A stretch of DNA of 64,000 bases, from positions 224,001 through 288,000 of the forward strand of contig CAVWUU010000001.1 in NCBI GenBank assembly GCA_963758295.1, given 5' to 3'. Of this stretch, positions 62,170 to 64,000 are shown one piece after another (positions within the stretch are counted from its first letter, which is position 1; each line of letters begins with the position of its first letter). Under the pieces are notes generated by a model, which was given only the letters and a program-made list of their open reading frames with translations, ran no database searches and was not told where the DNA came from. The translations under genes and the position numbers were made by a program. Source of the stretch: Candidatus Eremiobacteria bacterium (GTDB lineage: Bacteria; Vulcanimicrobiota; Vulcanimicrobiia; Vulcanimicrobiales; Vulcanimicrobiaceae).

Positions 62170-62725
62170 GGCGCGCTTTTACCGCCGGCCATTCGCTTGC
62201 GATAACACTGTAGAAAGCAACGTCGCGTAGTTCGCCGGAGCGGGGGACGATGCGGAAGCTTCGCATCGTCCCCTCAAACGTAGCGCCGATTCCGAGCATC
62301 GCGTTACGCGACCGGACGTTTATGGCTTCGCCTTTGAGCTGAACGCGAACCGCGTCCCACTCTTCGAAGGCATACCGGAGCAACAGGTATTTGCAGTGCG
62401 CGTTCACGTGCGTGCGCCAGTATTCTCGCGCGATGAACGTCCATCCAATTTCGAGCTTTCGGTGTTCGGGGTGGATGTCCAAGTACCGCGTGGAGCCGAT
62501 GGCTTGACCGGAGGCGACGTCGACGATGGCAAATGGAACGTGATCGCTTTCCAGCGCTTCGCGCAGCCACTCTTCCGCGCCGTCATTCGCCGCGAAAGGA
62601 TTGTTTTGAAAGGTGAACTCCCAAAGAGCCGGATCGTTCCCGATCTTTGCGATGGCGGCCAGATGGGATGCGGCGAGCGGCTCGAGACGCATTCGATCTG
62701 TTGCCAGGACGATGTTGCGGTTCAT
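62132..62725 (-). CDS. RimJ/RimL-type GNAT acetyltransferase
   Basis: IGSTRY, EIGWTF, LLLRYAFE, NVRSR, GATFEG. Confidence 0.88.
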   Translation of the reverse strand: MNRNIVLATDRMRLEPLAASHLAAIAKIGNDPALWEFTFQNNPFAANDGAEEWLREALESDHVPFAIVDVASGQAIGSTRYLDIHPEHRKLEIGWTFIAREYWRTHVNAHCKYLLLRYAFEEWDAVRVQLKGEAINVRSRNAMLGIGATFEGTMRSFRIVPRSGELRDVAFYSVIASEWPAVKARLTDRILGSRAAG

Positions 62726-62759
62726 GTACGCTCATTTGAGCACATGAGGACAATAGGGA

Positions 62760-63677
62760 TTAACGCAAGAGCGGAAGCCGCGCGGTGAAAGACGCGCCCG
62801 GTGCGTCTTCGTCGAGAACGAGCAGGCCGTCGTGCGCGCTCGCGACCCAGCGCGCGATGGCAAGACCTAGACCCGTTCCCTGCGTCCGATCGTTTCCGCG
62901 AACGAAACGCTCGAAGATCCGCTCGCGGTCAGCCGGCGCAACGCCGCTGCCGTCGTCGGCGACGCAAAGCACTGCGCGTCCGTCGTCGCTGGTACATTGA
63001 ACCGTGATGCGTGAGCGGGCATGGCGCAACGCGTTCTCCAGGAGATTTCGAACGAGTTCGCGCAGGCGCCGACCGTCGCCGTTAATGATTGCGGATTGCA
63101 CGGTTGCATCGATCGTGATAGCGGAGGCTTCTGCACGCGGTTCGAATTCGCGCAGGCAGGCATGCACGACGGCGGCTAGATCGACCGGCTCGCAAGCAAG
63201 GAGTTTCGCATTCGGAGTTCGCGCTAACGTCAATAGGTCGCCGATGAGCTGGCTCGCGTCGATCGCCGTGGTCGAAATCAATGCGAACGCTTCACGCGTC
63301 CGCGAATCGGCGCTTTGCGATGCACTCGCTTGTGCAACGGAGGATATCGTTGAAAGCGGCGAGCGCAATTCGTGCGCAGCATCGGCAAGAAAGGTTTTTT
63401 CTCGAGCGCGGGCTTCGAGCAGCGGCGAAAGCGAGAGTCTTGCGAGGAACGCGGAAGCAATGCCTACCAGAATGAGCAGCGGCACGTCGAACAACACGAT
63501 CGTGAGCGCGACGCGGCGCAGGGCGTTATCGTAGGCAACGTGTCCTTCCGGCGTGCTTAACGCGGGAAGCAACAAACTGTGATATTGGCCTCCGATGAAA
63601 AAATACGCAGCAACGGAAAGCGCAGCCAGAACGATTGCGAAGATGACGAGATACAGGGCGGTCAGTCGCGCGATCAC
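62760..63677 (-). CDS. Sensor histidine kinase
   Basis: Two TM segments, ADAAHELRSPL, NLLENALRH, DDGSG, GTGLGL. Confidence 0.93.
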   Translation of the reverse strand: MIARLTALYLVIFAIVLAALSVAAYFFIGGQYHSLLLPALSTPEGHVAYDNALRRVALTIVLFDVPLLILVGIASAFLARLSLSPLLEARAREKTFLADAAHELRSPLSTISSVAQASASQSADSRTREAFALISTTAIDASQLIGDLLTLARTPNAKLLACEPVDLAAVVHACLREFEPRAEASAITIDATVQSAIINGDGRRLRELVRNLLENALRHARSRITVQCTSDDGRAVLCVADDGSGVAPADRERIFERFVRGNDRTQGTGLGLAIARWVASAHDGLLVLDEDAPGASFTARLPLLR

Positions 63678-64000
63678 GCCGTCAACTTATACCCGATGCC
63701 CCAAACGGTTTGAATCACGCGATCCGCGCCTGCGGCCTTTAGCTTACGGCGCAGCTGACTAACGTAGACATCCACGATGTTGCTCGATCCGTCGAATTCG
63801 TAATCCCAAACGTGCTCCAGCAGCTGAGCCCGCGTAAACGCAATGTCGGCGTTGCGCGCGAGAAACTCCAGCAGCCGGAATTCTGTAGTCGCAAGTTGGA
63901 GCGGCCTGCCGGCAAACGCCGCCGTGCGCGCGGCTAGATCGATTGAAAGGCTGCCGCGCTGAAGCTGCGATTCCAAGGGCCGGTTCCCGCGTCGCAGAAT
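63674..64000 (-). CDS. OmpR-family response regulator (C-terminal part, truncated by window edge)
   Basis: TEFRLLEFL, SNIVDVYVSQLRRKL, IQTVWGIGYKL. Confidence 0.93.
   Translation of the reverse strand: MLRRGNRPLESQLQRGSLSIDLAARTAAFAGRPLQLATTEFRLLEFLARNADIAFTRAQLLEHVWDYEFDGSSNIVDVYVSQLRRKLKAAGADRVIQTVWGIGYKLTA

Overview
A GC-rich bacterial chromosome segment, mostly core genome. The organism is probably diderm (LptA-like protein, outer-membrane barrel) with Firmicutes-like gene order and a SigB/F partner-switching module. This combination suggests Candidatus Eremiobacterota/Vulcanimicrobiota, which is an inference only. In order, the window holds: the F1Fo ATP synthase operon (atpE partial to atpC); murA, mreB-like, tsaC, LptA-like, rarA and iscS; ytxG/ytxH-rsbV-rsbW-sigB; a pentapeptide-repeat protein; alaS; two GT-C-like membrane proteins; a SpoIIE phosphatase; YyaL; NHEJ genes (split ligD plus ku); an HxlR pair; AIM24/MFS/HtrA; tRNA-Leu(CAG) followed by a decayed islet (broken gene, Xre-RES toxin-antitoxin, IS3 remnant); a cytochrome c-PQQ dehydrogenase; Ogt; a VPS10-like hydrolase; several secreted proteins; a DUF5916-type barrel with a divergent wHTH-TM-TPR regulator; an inactive-looking M48-RDD protein; a GGDEF protein; a YtrA/GntR-ABC operon; MqnP/MqnL-like genes; and a two-component system. 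Five or six single frameshifts in short base runs look like long-read errors. The most novel signal is two short ORFs missing from the ORF track (47125-47286 on minus, 53 aa; 55628-55738 on plus, 36 aa) that share the motif F-x-G-W-G-P-K. One sits in a hairpin-rich unit downstream of the barrel gene. The other is the first cistron of the GntR-ABC exporter operon. Between them lie a bacteriocin-like Tat lipoprotein with an immunity-like partner and a candidate structured ncRNA. Together these suggest an undescribed peptide signalling/export system, which is a hypothesis. All family assignments come from recalled motifs, not from searches.
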